Positions 56,786-59,488 of a DNA stretch of 59,488 nt are shown here, piece by piece. This DNA comes from Vicinamibacterales bacterium (lineage in GTDB: Bacteria; Acidobacteriota; Vicinamibacteria; Vicinamibacterales; SCN-69-37). Numbering within the stretch: position 1 is the first letter of the stretch; every line of letters starts with the position of its first letter. The stretch is from assembly GCA_036274055.1 (NCBI GenBank), contig DASUGM010000304.1, forward strand, positions 1-59,488. The letters run 5' to 3'. Made by a program: the position numbers and the translations under genes. Below the pieces are notes generated by a model that saw only the letters and a list, made by a program, of their open reading frames with translations, did not search any database and was not told where the DNA came from.

Positions 56786-57529
56786 TTAGCGTCGCTTCGC
56801 CAGCTTCCCCGCCGCCGCGCGATCGAGCACGACCAACACATTCGGATGCGCCTGTAACAGCGACGCCGGGATGCGCGTGGTGATCGGACCGCGGAGCGCG
56901 CCGGCGACAATCGAGGCCTTGTGCGCGCCGGTGGCCAGCAGAAGCACCGTCCGCGCGCGCAGAATCGAGCCGATGCCCATCGACAGCGCGTGCGTCGGCA
57001 CGCGCCGCCAGTTGCCTCCGAACGCGCGGGCATTGGCGCGGCGCGACGCCTCAGTCAGCCGGACGCGGTGGCTCCCCGTCACGAGCGCGGACGCCGGCTC
57101 GTTGAAGCCGATGTGCCCGTTGCCGCCGATGCCGACGACGGCAATGGTCAGGCCGCCGACGGCGGCCAGCGCGGCGTCGAAGCGCGCGATCTCGCGGCGC
57201 CAGTCCTTACGCCGTCCGTTGAACAAGTGCATCCGCTCGGGCGGGAGATTGATCGCGTCGAACAGGTGCGCGCGCATGTAGGCGTGATAGCTGCCCGGAT
57301 CGCCGGGCGCAAGGCCGACGAACTCGTCGAGATTGAACGTCGTGGCGCGGGCGAAGTCGGCGCGCCCCTGCCGGTGCAACTCGACGAGCGCGCGATACAT
57401 CGGAATCGGCGTCCGACCGGTCGGCAACCCGATGACGAGTTCGGGATCGACCTGGAGCGCGTCGGCGATGCAGGTCGCGACGGTCACGGCGGCCGCGGCG
57501 GCGTCGGGCAGAATCGCGATCCGAGTCAT
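56786..57529 (-). CDS. nagB: glucosamine-6-phosphate deaminase
   Basis: GLPTGRTP, FNLDEF, GIGGNGHIGFNEP. Confidence 0.88.
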   Translation of the reverse strand: MTRIAILPDAAAAAVTVATCIADALQVDPELVIGLPTGRTPIPMYRALVELHRQGRADFARATTFNLDEFVGLAPGDPGSYHAYMRAHLFDAINLPPERMHLFNGRRKDWRREIARFDAALAAVGGLTIAVVGIGGNGHIGFNEPASALVTGSHRVRLTEASRRANARAFGGNWRRVPTHALSMGIGSILRARTVLLLATGAHKASIVAGALRGPITTRIPASLLQAHPNVLVVLDRAAAGKLAKRR

Positions 57530-58467
57530 GCGTGGGAATCGATGTACGCCGGCACCGCGTGATCGCCGTTGGCGAGCCGCCGCGCGAGACGGACCGCGCC
57601 GCTGGCCGGCTCGGCGTCGAGGTGATGGATGCTCACGCCGGGCGCCGCCGCGCGCAGACGGCCGACGAGCAGGTCGGCCAATCTCGGCGCTGCTTTGAAC
57701 GTGCCGCCGGCCAGCAGGACCGTCGGACTCTCCAGCGACAATCGGCGGGCGACTGACATCGCCGCCGCCGCCAACTCGGCAGCGGCGACGTCGAGAATCT
57801 GCTGCGCGATTGGATCGCCTTGATCGAACGCGGTCTGCAAATACCGGGCGAGCGAGGCAATCGTCGACGGCCGCGTCCCCCCTTCGTAGATTTCGCGGAC
57901 CAGATCGGCGGGCCGGCCGATCGAAAAGTGCGCCAGCAGCAGTGGCGTAAGCGCCGTTGGTGAACCGCGGCGATCGTCGGCGCGGACGACGGCGCGCAGC
58001 GCCTGCCGTCCCAGCCAGTACCCGCTGCCCTCATCGCCGAGCACGTAGCCCCAGCCGCCGGCGCGCGCCGCTTGTTCCCCGGCGTTGCGTCCGTAGGCAA
58101 TCGAGCCGGTGCCGGCAATGACGACGATGCCTGGAGCCCCCGGCAGCCCCGCCTCCAGCGCGATCAGCGCGTCGTTGACGATCAGCAGCCGGGCGCGCTC
58201 GCCGATGCGCCCGAGAATTTCCCGGATCGTCGCCGCGTCGCGCGGGCGATCGACGCCCGCCATGCCCAGGCAGATGACGCCTGGCCGCTCGCCGCGCTGA
58301 CTGACCACCTCGTCGATCAGCGCGTGGAGCACCTTTTCGACTTCGAGTTCGCCGAGCGTCTGCAAGTGCGCCGCCGGGCCCCGCGCCTCGGCGATGATCT
58401 GTCCCGAGTCATCGGCGAGCTGACAAACGGTCTTCGACCCGCCGGCATCGACGCCCAAGACGTGCAT
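57526..58467 (-). CDS. BadF/BadG/BcrA/BcrD-type ATPase, probable N-acetylglucosamine kinase
   Basis: MHVLGVDAGGSKT phosphate-1 motif and GTGSIAYG. ATGA overlap with nagB. Confidence 0.75.
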   Translation of the reverse strand: MHVLGVDAGGSKTVCQLADDSGQIIAEARGPAAHLQTLGELEVEKVLHALIDEVVSQRGERPGVICLGMAGVDRPRDAATIREILGRIGERARLLIVNDALIALEAGLPGAPGIVVIAGTGSIAYGRNAGEQAARAGGWGYVLGDEGSGYWLGRQALRAVVRADDRRGSPTALTPLLLAHFSIGRPADLVREIYEGGTRPSTIASLARYLQTAFDQGDPIAQQILDVAAAELAAAAMSVARRLSLESPTVLLAGGTFKAAPRLADLLVGRLRAAAPGVSIHHLDAEPASGAVRLARRLANGDHAVPAYIDSHA

Positions 58468-58556
58468 CGCCGCTGATGGTAGTTGGTCGCCGCCTCAAAA
58501 GTGAAGATTCTCTCGTTGACGCCCGATAGAGTGACTGAGTACTCTTGAGAGTTCGC

Positions 58557-59488
58557 ATGCGCCGTTCGGCACCTTTCATTCACTCCCTTCTGGTTTTCGC
58601 CGCAGTTCTCGGGGCGTTCCGGCCGGCCGCGCCGGCGGTCAGCGCGATGGCGCAGGCCGCCCCGGCGGTCGACGTCCGCGGAATGTGGGTGCTGCGTACG
58701 TCGCTGACGTCTCCGGCCTCGATCGCCGCGATGGTCAGCGCCGCAAAAGCCGCGGGGATGAACACGCTGCTGGTCCAGGTCCGCGGCCGCGGCGAAGCCT
58801 TCTACAAGAGCGACATCGAGCCGCGCGCCACCGAGCTGGCCAGGCAGCCGGAGAGTTTCGACCCACTGCAGACCACGCTGGACCTGGCGCATCAGGCCGG
58901 CCTTCGCGTCCACGCCTGGGTCAACGTCAACCTCGTGTCGAGCGCCACCGTCCTGCCGCGTTCACGCGATCATGTCGCGCACCGCCACCCGGAATGGCTG
59001 ATGACGCCGCGCGCGCTGGCCGACGCGCTGCGCAAGATCGGACCGCAGTCGCCGGCCTACGTCGGGACGCTGTCACGCTGGGTGCGTACCAACGTCGAGT
59101 CCACCGAAGGACTGTACTTGTCGCCAATCACGCCAGCGGCGCAGACGTATTCGGTATCCGTGATTCGCGAGCTGCTCGATCGCTATGACGTCGATGGCCT
59201 GCATCTCGACTACATCCGCTACCCCAACGCCGAATTCGATTTCAGCGCCGCGGCCATCGCGCAGTTTCGCGCCGCCGAGTTGCCCGCGGTTCCGGCGGCG
59301 GAACGCGAGCGGCTGGATCGCGCCGCGGCCGGTGACGCCGCGGCCTGGCCGCGCGCCTTTCCCGATGCCTACGCGGCGTTTCGCGTCGAGCGGCTGACCG
59401 CGCTGGTCGCCCGCATCAACACCGAAGCCCGCGCGGCGCGTCCGGCGCTGACGATCTCGGCGGCGGTCGTCCCTGACGCGACCGAGGC
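58557..59488 (+). CDS. secreted glycoside-hydrolase-like family 10 (GHL10/DUF187, YngK-like) protein, N-terminal part (runs off the window end)
   Basis: Not in the ORF track because it has no stop before the window end. My translation from the ATG at 58557 is MRRSAPFIHSLLVFAAVLGAF ... RGMWVLRTSL ... NTLLVQVRGRGEAFYKS ... GLHLDYIRYPN, open to 59488. Confidence 0.65.
   Translation, partial: MRRSAPFIHSLLVFAAVLGAFRPAAPAVSAMAQAAPAVDVRGMWVLRTSLTSPASIAAMVSAAKAAGMNTLLVQVRGRGEAFYKSDIEPRATELARQPESFDPLQTTLDLAHQAGLRVHAWVNVNLVSSATVLPRSRDHVAHRHPEWLMTPRALADALRKIGPQSPAYVGTLSRWVRTNVESTEGLYLSPITPAAQTYSVSVIRELLDRYDVDGLHLDYIRYPNAEFDFSAAAIAQFRAAELPAVPAAERERLDRAAAGDAAAWPRAFPDAYAAFRVERLTALVARINTEARAARPALTISAAVVPDATE

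Noticed and set aside
1-59488. tRNA, rRNA, tmRNA, RNase P or SRP RNA genes.
   Set aside because: The intergenic space is very limited. None of the gaps contains the conserved T-loop (GGTTCGAATCC), RNase P (GAGGAAAGTCC) or SRP-type motifs on either strand. This was checked by eye only.

Overview
High-GC (about two-thirds G+C) chromosomal segment from a diderm bacterium. It carries Lpt, Tol-Pal and BamB-like genes. The gene style suggests an Acidobacteriota- or Gemmatimonadota-like lineage, but that is inference only. The window is almost fully coding. I call 52 CDS, two of them truncated by the window edges, and nearly all are housekeeping. DNA metabolism: mutS, dnaE, recJ, recN, ssb, xerD, parAB. 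Envelope: psd-pssA, a tolQ-tolR-tolA-like-tolB-pal-cpoB cluster, a large LptC/LptA-like protein plus lptB, a fused lptF-lptG, and a GT39 glycosyltransferase. Regulation: rpoN-hpf-hprK-rapZ-EIIA(Man)-ptsH-ptsI, and an orphan ~1300-aa NtrY-like histidine kinase. Metabolism: guaA, accA, metK, miaB, an agmatinase plus deoxyhypusine-synthase-like pair, and murQ/nagB/GlcNAc-kinase. Many neighbouring genes overlap by 4 nt (ATGA or GTGA), which fits translational coupling. By eye I found no rRNA, tRNA, CRISPR, transposase or phage genes. I do not see a convincing new multi-gene accessory or defence system. The most unusual content is noncoding: five long inverted-repeat (rod-hairpin) elements whose arms are built from short tandem words of 7-10 nt. 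Four of them fill four of the six convergent gene junctions, and two of them are sequence-related copies of one family. Other points worth a second look are three gene fusions or expansions (TsaB-RimI, LptF-LptG, a 744-aa LptC/A-like protein), a 16-bp perfect palindrome in front of a trio of small genes, and a permease-less regulatory PTS. All protein calls come from reading the supplied translations and recalling family motifs. No database search was run.
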